DNA of 64,000 nucleotides from Candidatus Latescibacterota bacterium (GTDB lineage Bacteria; Latescibacterota; UBA2968; UBA8231): NCBI GenBank assembly GCA_965217585.1, contig OZ244561.1, positions 4,352,001 to 4,416,000 of the forward strand, read 5' to 3'. Shown piece by piece: positions 49,590 to 57,949 of this stretch (position 1 is its first letter; each line of letters starts with the position of its first letter). The notes under the pieces were generated by a model. It saw only the letters and a program-made list of their open reading frames with translations, ran no database searches and was not told where the DNA came from. The position numbers and the translations under genes were made by a program.

Positions 49590-50399
49590 CTACACTTCCA
49601 ATACGGGGCGGTCCAGCCGTGCGTGATAGGGCGGTTCGAGGACTTTGCGCTGCTCGTCGGTCATTAGGGCGAGCATGTCCTCAGACCAGTTGTGAGCCAC
49701 GTAGGCGAGGTTGCCCGGTGAGAAGCGGAAGAGGGCGGTGCGGCGGTCGTGGTCGGCGGTCCAAGGCAGGGTACCGTGCGTGGTGGCCTCGGTGAATATG
49801 ATGCAGTCGCCGGCGTTGCAGGTAATCGGCTTGATGAACTCGCGGTGCGCCTCGCCGCGCCGGAGCGCCATCGGGCAGGGATAGTTGCCTTTGTGGCTGC
49901 CTGGGATCAAGCACAAGCCCCCGTCGCCCTCGCGCACATCTGTTAGTTGGTAGGCAGCCACGGTCAGGCCGTTGTGCATTTTGCCGTCTTTGAAGATGTA
50001 GTACTGGTGGCGGTCAAAGCTGGGGCCAGACGATCCGTGCAGGAGGTGGCCCTCGGCTCCTTTGCGCATGGTGATGATGCCGAGATTGTGGTCGAGGCGG
50101 AAGCCTGTGCCCAAAATCTCGTGCAGGCAGCGCACCACCTTGGGGTTGACCAGCATGTCGCGGAAAGGGCGGCCGTGCGGGTCGGGCCATGAGAGAGCGC
50201 CGCCGAGGTCGCCGCGTCCGGTGCTGCCTTCGAGCGCCTTGGAGCCGGCCGACAGCGACAGCTCGCCGATGCGCTCACGGATCTGGTCAGCATGGCGGTC
50301 AATGGCCTCGTTGGCCAGCGCGATGTCCTCGGCTGACAAGACGTTGCGCACGACGATGTAGCCGTTGAGGTCGAAGAAATACTTTTCGTCTTCGTTCAT
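49590..50399 (-). CDS. Phytanoyl-CoA dioxygenase (PhyH) family Fe(II)/2OG oxygenase
   Basis: FFDLNGYIVVRNVLS, GGLCLIPGSHK, AGDCIIFTEATTHGT and RR motifs. Confidence 0.88.
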   Translation of the reverse strand: MNEDEKYFFDLNGYIVVRNVLSAEDIALANEAIDRHADQIRERIGELSLSAGSKALEGSTGRGDLGGALSWPDPHGRPFRDMLVNPKVVRCLHEILGTGFRLDHNLGIITMRKGAEGHLLHGSSGPSFDRHQYYIFKDGKMHNGLTVAAYQLTDVREGDGGLCLIPGSHKGNYPCPMALRRGEAHREFIKPITCNAGDCIIFTEATTHGTLPWTADHDRRTALFRFSPGNLAYVAHNWSEDMLALMTDEQRKVLEPPYHARLDRPVLEV

Positions 50400-51668
50400 C
50401 TACAATTCCTCTTTCCATAAAGGGCCGTCGGCCGTAACCCGCCACAGCTCCTCGAAGTGTTCGGGGTCTTTTTCTGCGTCCCAGAATTCGGTGGTGAGCG
50501 GGTTGGCGTACGAAGATGCCCGCCCGGGGATGCCCTGCTCGTGCAGGCGGTCGTGGAAGCGCAGATTGTCGGTAGAGCCGTTCGGATCGGGGTCGTGGCG
50601 CACATACGCGGTGAGACCACCTGCGGAGCGGATGCGGATCAAGAAGCGGCCTTTATCGACCGGGGCCGCACCGGCCAATTTTTCCAATTGTGCGCGATCG
50701 AGTTCGATCCCTAGACCCGCCCCTGCGGGCACGGCGACGCTGCCATCGATTACAGGCATGGGGTCTTTGACGACGTCCTCCCGCCACAGGTGGCAGCAAT
50801 TGACGTGGTCGATGGTAGCCATTTTGAAAACCGCAACTTCGTGGGCCAAGAAGGCTTGATTGATGGTGCCACCGGTCTGTTGGTACATGAGGGGCATGTT
50901 GAGCCGCTCGGCAATGGCGGCGGCTTTGATTGCACTGCCGATGGGAGCGTGCCCGGCCATGGTCCCGTCAACGTAGCGCTTGGTCATGGCTTCGGGAGGG
51001 ACATGGTGGCCGATGATGGGCAGCGGGCACTGTTCGCGCAACATGCGGTAGGCATCTTCGTCCGTGCCTTGGACTACGTCTTCAAAGCGGCCAGCGACCG
51101 GGAATTTGACCAGCTCGGCGAGAATGGTGCGCATGGTGTAGTAGTTGCTGTTGGCGTTGAAGTCGTAGTGGACCTTGAAATAGGGCGGGGCCGCCTCCTG
51201 CATGGCCTCGGTTTGGGCGATGACGTCCTGCATTTCATCGACGTGGTATTTGATCCAGTGATAGCCTCGGGCGGCGGCTTGGCGCACTTCTTCGGCCATG
51301 GCGTCCGGGGCCTGCGCCACGGTCCAAGCGGCGACCGGAATCCACGAGCGGACCTTGGGGCCGATCAGCTTCCACGCGGGAATGCCGAGGTGCTTGCCCA
51401 TCAGGTCGTAGCAGGCCATGTTCATGCCGAGGTCCTGCTCGGCGTTGATCCAGTCAAAGGGCGAGGTGCCGATGTATCTTGCGCGCAAGGCGTCGCCATC
51501 CGGCGCGTAGCCGATGTTCTCGCCGAGGCCCTCTAGGCCGTTGTCCGTGTGGACGACGAGGATGGCGCGGTGTTGGATGTGCGCGCCGTGGTAGCGGGCC
51601 AGCGACAGGGCGTTGAAGTCGCAATACGGCGGGCAGATGGTGTGGATTTCGATGTCGGTGATGTGCAT
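50400..51668 (-). CDS. Mandelate racemase/muconate lactonizing enzyme family protein
   Basis: V.TDNGLEGLGE, MA.YDLMGK.LG.P, K.H, DFN, ED and P.G.GLGIELD motifs. Confidence 0.85.
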   Translation of the reverse strand: MHITDIEIHTICPPYCDFNALSLARYHGAHIQHRAILVVHTDNGLEGLGENIGYAPDGDALRARYIGTSPFDWINAEQDLGMNMACYDLMGKHLGIPAWKLIGPKVRSWIPVAAWTVAQAPDAMAEEVRQAAARGYHWIKYHVDEMQDVIAQTEAMQEAAPPYFKVHYDFNANSNYYTMRTILAELVKFPVAGRFEDVVQGTDEDAYRMLREQCPLPIIGHHVPPEAMTKRYVDGTMAGHAPIGSAIKAAAIAERLNMPLMYQQTGGTINQAFLAHEVAVFKMATIDHVNCCHLWREDVVKDPMPVIDGSVAVPAGAGLGIELDRAQLEKLAGAAPVDKGRFLIRIRSAGGLTAYVRHDPDPNGSTDNLRFHDRLHEQGIPGRASSYANPLTTEFWDAEKDPEHFEELWRVTADGPLWKEEL

Positions 51669-51760
51669 GGGAAGGTCCGGGGAAAGGGTGGGGTGCGTTG
51701 GCAAGTGGGTCTAGTATAGCAGTACGCAATTGCTTGGGCAACCGAGAAATGAGAGGTCTT

Positions 51761-52603
51761 ATGGACGCTGGTATAGAGGAGAAAGTGGATCAACTGCGCC
51801 GCGAGGGTTGGTGCGTCTTGGAGCGGATTATTCCGGAGGACGCTATAGACCGAGTGCGGACGCACGTGCAAGAAGCGCACGCAAAGGCACAACAGGACTA
51901 CGAGGCCATGGGCGGGCACATCGGGCGGCAGACCGGCCCCAATGGCGAGCCGGGCGTTTGCCTGATCGCGTATTTGCCGGAGTTTGCGCCCTATTTGGGC
52001 GACGAGCGTTTGTTGGGGGTGGCGCAGGCGGTTTTTGGGGGGCACGTGCGGATTGCGCAGACCGAGTTTAAGACGCAAGTGCCCAACCGCGAGGACTTGG
52101 ACTGGCGCGGCTTTCACTCGGATTGGCCACACGACCTGACCGACAGGGACTTCGCCGGCCGGGTGGCTCAGCCCTTCCCGGATGCGACCATGCAGCTATC
52201 GGTGCTGTGGATGCTGTCGCCGTTTAGCCCAGAGACGGGTGGAACGTGGGTGGTGCCGCGCAGCCACCGCGACCCGCTCAACCCGCGCAGGCACCAGACG
52301 CCCGAAGGGCTGGAGGAGCGGATCGATCAGTTCAAGCCGATTCGCGGGGAGATCCAGGTCGTCGGCCCGGAGGGCAGTGCGCTGGTGATGGACAGCCGGA
52401 TCTGGCATTCGACCGCGGCGAATCCCAGCCCAGAGCCTCGGGTGGCGATCATCACGCGCTATTGTCCGTGGTGGTTGAGCGTGGAATTTGGCGGGCGCAA
52501 CAATGCGATTGTGCCGAGGGCGGCCTACGAGGCTCTGCCGGAGGCGGTCAAGCCGCTCTATCGGCACCGGGCCGAGGGAGAGGAGAATCCGTTTCGGGGG
52601 TGA
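51761..52603 (+). CDS. PhyH family Fe(II)/2OG dioxygenase
   Basis: FHSDWP (HxD), GGTWVVPRSH and DSRIWHS..AN.S..PR motifs. Confidence 0.88.
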   Translation: MDAGIEEKVDQLRREGWCVLERIIPEDAIDRVRTHVQEAHAKAQQDYEAMGGHIGRQTGPNGEPGVCLIAYLPEFAPYLGDERLLGVAQAVFGGHVRIAQTEFKTQVPNREDLDWRGFHSDWPHDLTDRDFAGRVAQPFPDATMQLSVLWMLSPFSPETGGTWVVPRSHRDPLNPRRHQTPEGLEERIDQFKPIRGEIQVVGPEGSALVMDSRIWHSTAANPSPEPRVAIITRYCPWWLSVEFGGRNNAIVPRAAYEALPEAVKPLYRHRAEGEENPFRG

Positions 52604-52619
52604 GGGGGGGGATATTTGA

Positions 52620-53633
52620 TCACGCGCTTTTAGTACCGTTAATCACAAACTTTTTTGTTGCCTCCTCAATGTGGATCATAGGAAATGCCTCATCCCGAAT
52701 TTGGTTCCACAATTTCATATATATTTTATGGCCAATAACTTGGAGGACGTCTGGAGCAGCAGTATTTTCCTTAAAACTATCTGTGCCATATCCCACAATT
52801 ACACCGCAATGATTAGACAGAACATAGCGATTATGAAAAGGATGGTTTCCTTTTTTTATTTCTATATTGTTCTCGATCTGCCACACAAAAACCTTTACAG
52901 ACTCCCCTATTGGTATTAAGTGTGTGTAGTGCTGTTTAAGGCTGTTCTCATTAATTTTCTCTGGAACATCTGGACAGCAATGAATTGTCAGTGATGGAAA
53001 AGGATAATCTGTTGTGTCATACTGTTGGGCTAAGTCTTTGATAATCTTTTTGTAATTTCTGGTAAACAAACTGTCACTATCCACGTTAAAATATCTATCG
53101 ATAAAGTGAATATTCTCAGCAATCCGAAGCATTGGCAGGATAGCCTTTACGAAATCTCCAGGACTACGAGTGATTGCAATACCACTAGGTGTATTCCAGG
53201 CTTTTACATTTCTATTGAGTTCGTCAGGATGGTATTTTCGTCTTTCATCGTCAGCTCTCTCAGCATCAGCCTCTTCGTATTCAGGGCTGACGACGGCAGA
53301 AAAAGGCTCTCGTCGGTGCTCTTTCTCTATTTCGGTAATCCAAGAAAATTGTGAAAAATCATCATAATACCAATCAGTCCAAACAGTTCCTGGTCGATCT
53401 ACCAGTTGGCCCCTCACCATGTTCAGGCGGTCTTTCAAACCTTGCGCTTTTATGGTTGGAAGGTCAAGTTCTTGAACGAGTTGATCAAAAATCGGTTTCG
53501 CATTTTTATACCACTGGCCATATGGCAAATCTGCAATTACACGTCCTTGTGATGGATGACAGTGCTCAGTGCAATATCGGAACCACTCCAAATTTCGACA
53601 TATTTCTGGATCAATAGCAAAGATACTCAGCAT
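52620..53633 (-). CDS. Uncharacterised low-GC protein, partner of the adjacent ATPase (possible PLD-like nuclease)
   Basis: Starts 2 bp after the ATPase stop; IHFIDRYF and HPFHNRYVLS...G.G.D motifs. Confidence 0.7.
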   Translation of the reverse strand: MLSIFAIDPEICRNLEWFRYCTEHCHPSQGRVIADLPYGQWYKNAKPIFDQLVQELDLPTIKAQGLKDRLNMVRGQLVDRPGTVWTDWYYDDFSQFSWITEIEKEHRREPFSAVVSPEYEEADAERADDERRKYHPDELNRNVKAWNTPSGIAITRSPGDFVKAILPMLRIAENIHFIDRYFNVDSDSLFTRNYKKIIKDLAQQYDTTDYPFPSLTIHCCPDVPEKINENSLKQHYTHLIPIGESVKVFVWQIENNIEIKKGNHPFHNRYVLSNHCGVIVGYGTDSFKENTAAPDVLQVIGHKIYMKLWNQIRDEAFPMIHIEEATKKFVINGTKSA

Positions 53634-53635
53634 AA

Positions 53636-55108
53636 TTAATACCACTCCGACTCACGTTCTTCGAAAAAGCCTTCTGGCCATGGTGCATCAAAATCGCCGT
53701 TATTCGTTACAGTGAGTGGAGTGAATTTAACTCCTGCTGGCGTTAGTCGAACATAGATCACAGACAGATCGTTAGGCGTCAATTCGTGATCTGTCTGTTC
53801 TGATTCAGTGGTTTGGTATCTGCTACGACGGGTCGTTTCACGCACACGCCGTAGCAACCGCAACAGCAAGTGCTCAGAATGCGTTTCGATGAGCATGATA
53901 CGATCCGGGCTTTGTATGCCATCAATAAACAAATCGCCCAAACCTACTTGAACCGATGGATGAACATGAAGCTCTGGTTGTTCAACCGCAAACATTTTAG
54001 GGCTATGGTAACCTTGGTCTAACGCACCCACGAGAACTGGAAAGACTTGGGAAATGCCAAAACCAACATCTAAGGGATGTACCTCTATGCCGCTGTTTTC
54101 ATCCTGAAGTAGAATCGGATGTTGGCGAGGTAGCAGTTCAAGAGGTTTGAGAACTTGCTTTGTTAACCTATCGACTTCTACTCTGTCTTCATCAGAGGAG
54201 CAAATTTTTCTCAGATTTGCTATACCTTCGTTATTCCAATCAAGAGAAGATCTGTCTGACTGTAGGAAGCTATATCCAAGTGCCAACTTTTGAGCATAGC
54301 GGTTTACTTTTTCGGCCAACTCGGAGTCCCGTGCGAGTGCATCCCAAGCCTCTAACCCGGTTGCCCACCGAGATTCATTGTACATTTGGGATACAAGATA
54401 ATTGCGAGGGGGCACTTCTCGGATTGGGCCCAGATATCGGATGCCATTTAATTTTTCTCGAACGTAGCTTAATTCATCTCCTCTCATAATTTCATTGAAC
54501 TCGCTTGAGATCATATAGTCTTCTTTTGCCTCTTTTACAATTGAAGAATTCTTATTTACAAAATATCGATATCCTTTTTCGTCATGTTTGCCGTCATGTC
54601 TAGAATAACCAATACCCCACCACTGATTAAGCGGATACAGTTGTTGGCCTTTATCATGATTGGATTTTCCTTTGTCATTCAAAGCATAAAAGCATTCTTC
54701 GCCATTCAAAGCATATATGTATGACTCGACAGAAGCAATATCTTGTGTTTCGTCCCAGCTCACTACCAATTCTATCTCCGCAGAATTATATTTAAGTTTG
54801 CTTGCATATGATAGGTCAAACTCAAGGCGTATACGGATTTTTCGATTCAGGTCGTGGCGATGCACTAAGGAAGGAAAATCACCTAGATCAATAGGTATGT
54901 TTTCCAGAGGTCTGTACCCCGATCGTATATCAAATAGATAGCCTTGGTGGAAACGTAGAAATAGTTCGCGCATGTAGAGCAATGCCTGCAACACCGTTGA
55001 CTTGCCCGAACTATTTTTGCCAAACAACAAGGTGAGAGGGCGAATAGGAATGGTCACGGCGTCGCCGATACACTTAAAGTTTTCTATAGTGATAGATGCA
55101 AGAGCCAT
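53636..55108 (-). CDS. AAA_15/AAA_21-type ATPase with DUF3696-like C-terminus
   Basis: IENFKCI, GKNSSGKS, YLGPIRE, VGFGISQVFP, VEQPELHVHP, IETHSEH and WPEGFFE motifs. Confidence 0.9.
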   Translation of the reverse strand: MALASITIENFKCIGDAVTIPIRPLTLLFGKNSSGKSTVLQALLYMRELFLRFHQGYLFDIRSGYRPLENIPIDLGDFPSLVHRHDLNRKIRIRLEFDLSYASKLKYNSAEIELVVSWDETQDIASVESYIYALNGEECFYALNDKGKSNHDKGQQLYPLNQWWGIGYSRHDGKHDEKGYRYFVNKNSSIVKEAKEDYMISSEFNEIMRGDELSYVREKLNGIRYLGPIREVPPRNYLVSQMYNESRWATGLEAWDALARDSELAEKVNRYAQKLALGYSFLQSDRSSLDWNNEGIANLRKICSSDEDRVEVDRLTKQVLKPLELLPRQHPILLQDENSGIEVHPLDVGFGISQVFPVLVGALDQGYHSPKMFAVEQPELHVHPSVQVGLGDLFIDGIQSPDRIMLIETHSEHLLLRLLRRVRETTRRSRYQTTESEQTDHELTPNDLSVIYVRLTPAGVKFTPLTVTNNGDFDAPWPEGFFEERESEWY

Positions 55109-55147
55109 GATTTTCTCACAAGTTGGTGAATGAATGCTAAAAACGTC

Positions 55148-55205
55148 TGTCTGTGCGTGAGTGATAATTGCGCCAGTACGCTATCCAATTCACTCCGCAC
55201 AGACA
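55148..55205. other. Long inverted repeat (stem-loop) upstream of the ATPase
   Basis: TGTCTGTGCGTGAGTGA...TCACTCCGCACAGACA. Confidence 0.7.
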
Positions 55206-55272
55206 AGTTTGAAATGGGGCTTATAAATAGTGCCCAAAGCCCCCCAAATAGTTGTCTTATCCACTCAGGGTG

Positions 55273-55362
55273 CTAACGTCCTCCTTTTGAGCGACCGAGC
55301 AACACGTTCAGGATGGCGACGGCTAGTTCCGCAGCCAACCTGGCTTTGTCTTTCTTAGACAT
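55273..55362 (-). CDS. 29-aa small peptide MSKKDKARLAAELAVAILNVLLGRSKGGR
   Basis: Manual translation; SD AAAGGAG before the ATG; hydrophobic core with basic ends. Confidence 0.6.
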   Translation of the reverse strand: MSKKDKARLAAELAVAILNVLLGRSKGGR

Positions 55363-55430
55363 GGTTGCCTCTCCTTTCTGGAATTGAGTTCAGAAGGTCA
55401 TCTCCGATGAGTAGCTTGTCAAGAAAACTC

Positions 55431-55466
55431 TATCAGAGGACAGGAATTCATTCCTGCCCCCTGATA
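55431..55466. other. 17-bp stem-loop between the two peptide genes
   Basis: Minus strand TATCAGGGGGCAGGAAT-GA-ATTCCTGTCCTCTGATA. Confidence 0.75.
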
Positions 55467-55479
55467 CTCGCCCAAACTA

Positions 55480-55554
55480 CTATCGCTTCTTAGACAGCCA
55501 ATGGTCTATGACGACAATAGCGACCTGAATGGCAAACGGTAACAATTTTGCCAT
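55480..55554 (-). CDS. 24-aa hydrophobic peptide MAKLLPFAIQVAIVVIDHWLSKKR (Fst/PepA1 type I toxin-like)
   Basis: Manual translation; SD AAAGGAGGT 6 nt before the ATG; P-x12-WL plus basic tail. Confidence 0.65.
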   Translation of the reverse strand: MAKLLPFAIQVAIVVIDHWLSKKR

Positions 55555-55699
55555 AGCCTTACCTCCTTTCAGATAGATTTGCGGCACTCCATCTGCTTCT
55601 CCCAAGCATCTCCGGCTCTTCCGGTTCACGGGACGGCTTCACACGCCTTTCCCGCCCGCGGCCTTCTTTGCCTCCCAACCTCGCCGCTGCCTACATAAA

Positions 55700-55714
55700 G
55701 CACATTTTGTGCCA
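55700..55714 (-). promoter_or_regulatory. Sigma-54 (-24/-12) promoter
   Basis: TGGCACAAAATGTGC fits TGGCAC-N5-TTGC spacing (one mismatch); lies 44 bp downstream of a sigma-54 activator gene. Confidence 0.8.
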
Positions 55715-55757
55715 AACTTATCTGAAAGGCGAAATAGCTCTAGATTTTCCTCCTTCT

Positions 55758-57254
55758 TTATACCTTGTACTTCTTCTTCCAGTTGTCAAACGTCTGACGA
55801 TTAGACAGTCCCAACCGTTCTGCGGCTTCTGTTTTCGTTGTAGATTCCTCCTCGGCACGCTGAAAATAGTGTCTGATGACTTCGCTAATGAGCTCATTTA
55901 TGCTAAAACCCCCACCTAATGGGCGATTCAATATATCTTCGCCCCCCTTATCGTAGATGGGTAAGAATGCCCCTTCAATATCTTGTTTTTTGAGAATTTC
56001 GCCGTCTGTCCACACCATTGCGCGCCTAAGCGTGTTTTGCAACTCGCGTATATTGCCCGGCCAAGGGTGATTCAGGATAAGATTTTTTGCGCCAGCGGAA
56101 ATTTTTTTACGTCGGTACCCAGGCTGTTCCTTGCTCTCCTCATTGATCTGCTCGATCAAATGGTCGATCAGCAGACCCAAATCCCCCGGACGGTCCCTCA
56201 AGGGCGGCAATTTGAGATAGGCCACTGCAATCCGATAAAACAAATCCTCTCGAAATCGTCCTTCACGCACTTCCTCACTGAGCGTCCGGTTTGTTGCCGC
56301 TACAATTCGTACATCTACACTGATAGGTTTGGATGCACCGAGGCGGTCAATCTGGCCTCCTTCGAGGACGCGCAACAATTTAACCTGTATATCTTTAGGT
56401 AACTCGCCGATTTCATCCAAAAAGAGCGTACCGCCGTTGGCCAACTCAAAACGACCTTTGCGCGGGGCCTTTGCGTCGGTAAACGCGCCTTTTTCGTGCC
56501 CAAACAGTTCGGATTCCACGAGAGTTTGCGGAATTGCACCGCAGTTCACGGGGATAAATGGCTTATCTCTTCTAGGGCTGTGTTGGTGAATGGCGCGGGC
56601 AAAAAGTTCTTTTCCGGTGCCGGATTCGCCTTCTAGCAAAACGGGAACGTTCCGCAACGCGACGCGCTGCGCTCTCTCGACCAGATGAGCCATAATCGGA
56701 CTTCGGTAGTGTATGTCTGCAAAATTTGCCGACTCTATGGGTTTCTCTGCACTGACCGAGCGGAGCCGCTCGTCGGGTTTGAGCAGAAGGTCGGGCAAAA
56801 ATTCTGCCGAAATATCGAAGGGGACAGATACCGTTTGAACGCCGTATTCTCTTGAAGACTCGATCAATTCAGCGGGAAAGCGAGTTTTCGCTAAGATGAT
56901 CCACACCGCGGCCATTGCTGGCGTACCAGCACTAAGGTGAAAAGTCAATTCCACTTGATCGCGCTGTTCGCCCAAAGCCGCTGTGCAAACGCGCACCGCC
57001 GCCTCATAGATTTCGCCAAAGTGAGTCGGACTTGAAAGCTTCTCCTCATATAATTGGTATGGCGTCGAGCTCCGTTTCTTTGCCCATTCGACGTACGCGG
57101 GTACACGGTCATCGGACAGGTAGTTTGAAATCAGAAATACCTCGTCAAACCCGAGCTTTTCCACCGCCTGTGCAGTAGGACCCTCACCAACATCATCTCC
57201 TTGTGAAGCACGCAAATCTGTAGTGCTGATCCAGCACAGCAAAACTTTTTTCAT
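55758..57254 (-). CDS. Sigma-54-dependent enhancer-binding protein with RtcR/CARF-like N-terminal domain
   Basis: GESGTGKE, ESELFGHEKGAFTDA, LFLDEIGE, WPGNIREL and a C-terminal HTH; N-terminus W...TD...FHLSAGTPAM with no receiver Asp motif. Confidence 0.9.
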   Translation of the reverse strand: MKKVLLCWISTTDLRASQGDDVGEGPTAQAVEKLGFDEVFLISNYLSDDRVPAYVEWAKKRSSTPYQLYEEKLSSPTHFGEIYEAAVRVCTAALGEQRDQVELTFHLSAGTPAMAAVWIILAKTRFPAELIESSREYGVQTVSVPFDISAEFLPDLLLKPDERLRSVSAEKPIESANFADIHYRSPIMAHLVERAQRVALRNVPVLLEGESGTGKELFARAIHQHSPRRDKPFIPVNCGAIPQTLVESELFGHEKGAFTDAKAPRKGRFELANGGTLFLDEIGELPKDIQVKLLRVLEGGQIDRLGASKPISVDVRIVAATNRTLSEEVREGRFREDLFYRIAVAYLKLPPLRDRPGDLGLLIDHLIEQINEESKEQPGYRRKKISAGAKNLILNHPWPGNIRELQNTLRRAMVWTDGEILKKQDIEGAFLPIYDKGGEDILNRPLGGGFSINELISEVIRHYFQRAEEESTTKTEAAERLGLSNRQTFDNWKKKYKV

Positions 57255-57426
57255 CTCAGCATACCATCTCTACACGGATATCTTTCACCAAGCCAACCGC
57301 GTGGTGTTGCTTAAAGGGCCGTGTTTATTAGCTTGTGAGAGCAAGGAATGGGCATGGTCGCCGAACCTCTTGAAGCAGCCTGTGTCTGCCCTTTGACCGC
57401 GAAGCGGAGAATTGAAGGAGGTCACC

Positions 57427-57681
57427 ATGAGCACTTCTCCATTTGAATTTACTCCTGAGCAGAAGGCGGTACTAGAGGGGCTTTCGCAAAGTACCGGGGA
57501 AGATATATGCAGCTTGATTGCTCGTGCTGTAGAAAAGTTACAAGAAGAAGAGGAGCGCAGAGTGGACGAGACAGATTACCTGCTCTCTTCACCAAAAAAC
57601 GCGGCCCATCTCCAGAAGGCACTAGAGGATTTCCAGCACGGCCAGCGCAATTTTGCTTCCCGAGACTTAATCGAGGAATGA
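57427..57681 (+). CDS. yefM: YefM-like antitoxin
   Basis: C-terminal ETDYLLSSPKNAAHL; overlaps the toxin start (ATGA). Confidence 0.75.
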   Translation: MSTSPFEFTPEQKAVLEGLSQSTGEDICSLIARAVEKLQEEEERRVDETDYLLSSPKNAAHLQKALEDFQHGQRNFASRDLIEE

Positions 57682-57935
57682 GACACATTAGCTTCCATGC
57701 AGACGCTTGGCAGGATTATCTCTACTGGTATCAGACTAGCAAAAGCACCTTCAAGAAAATCAACGAACTTATTCGAGATACCCAGCGCAACCCGTTTACA
57801 GGGCTTGGCAAACCCGAAGTTCTGAAACATGATTTTCAGGGATGTTGGTCCCGTCGAATTACTCGAGAACATCGTCTCGTTTACCGCATAGAGTCAGACA
57901 CCCTCTTTATCTTGTCTTGTCGGTATCACTACTAA
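57678..57935 (+). CDS. yoeB: Txe/YoeB family mRNA interferase toxin
   Basis: AWQDYLYW, KINELI, PFTGLGKPE.LK, WSRRIT.EHRLVY and CRYHY motifs. Confidence 0.95.
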   Translation: MRHISFHADAWQDYLYWYQTSKSTFKKINELIRDTQRNPFTGLGKPEVLKHDFQGCWSRRITREHRLVYRIESDTLFILSCRYHY

Positions 57936-57949
57936 CTACACGACACCCC

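Noticed and set aside
55758-57254. Canonical rtcR-rtcBA RNA repair locus
   Set aside because: No rtcB or rtcA is adjacent, and the sigma-54 promoter is downstream and co-oriented rather than divergent.
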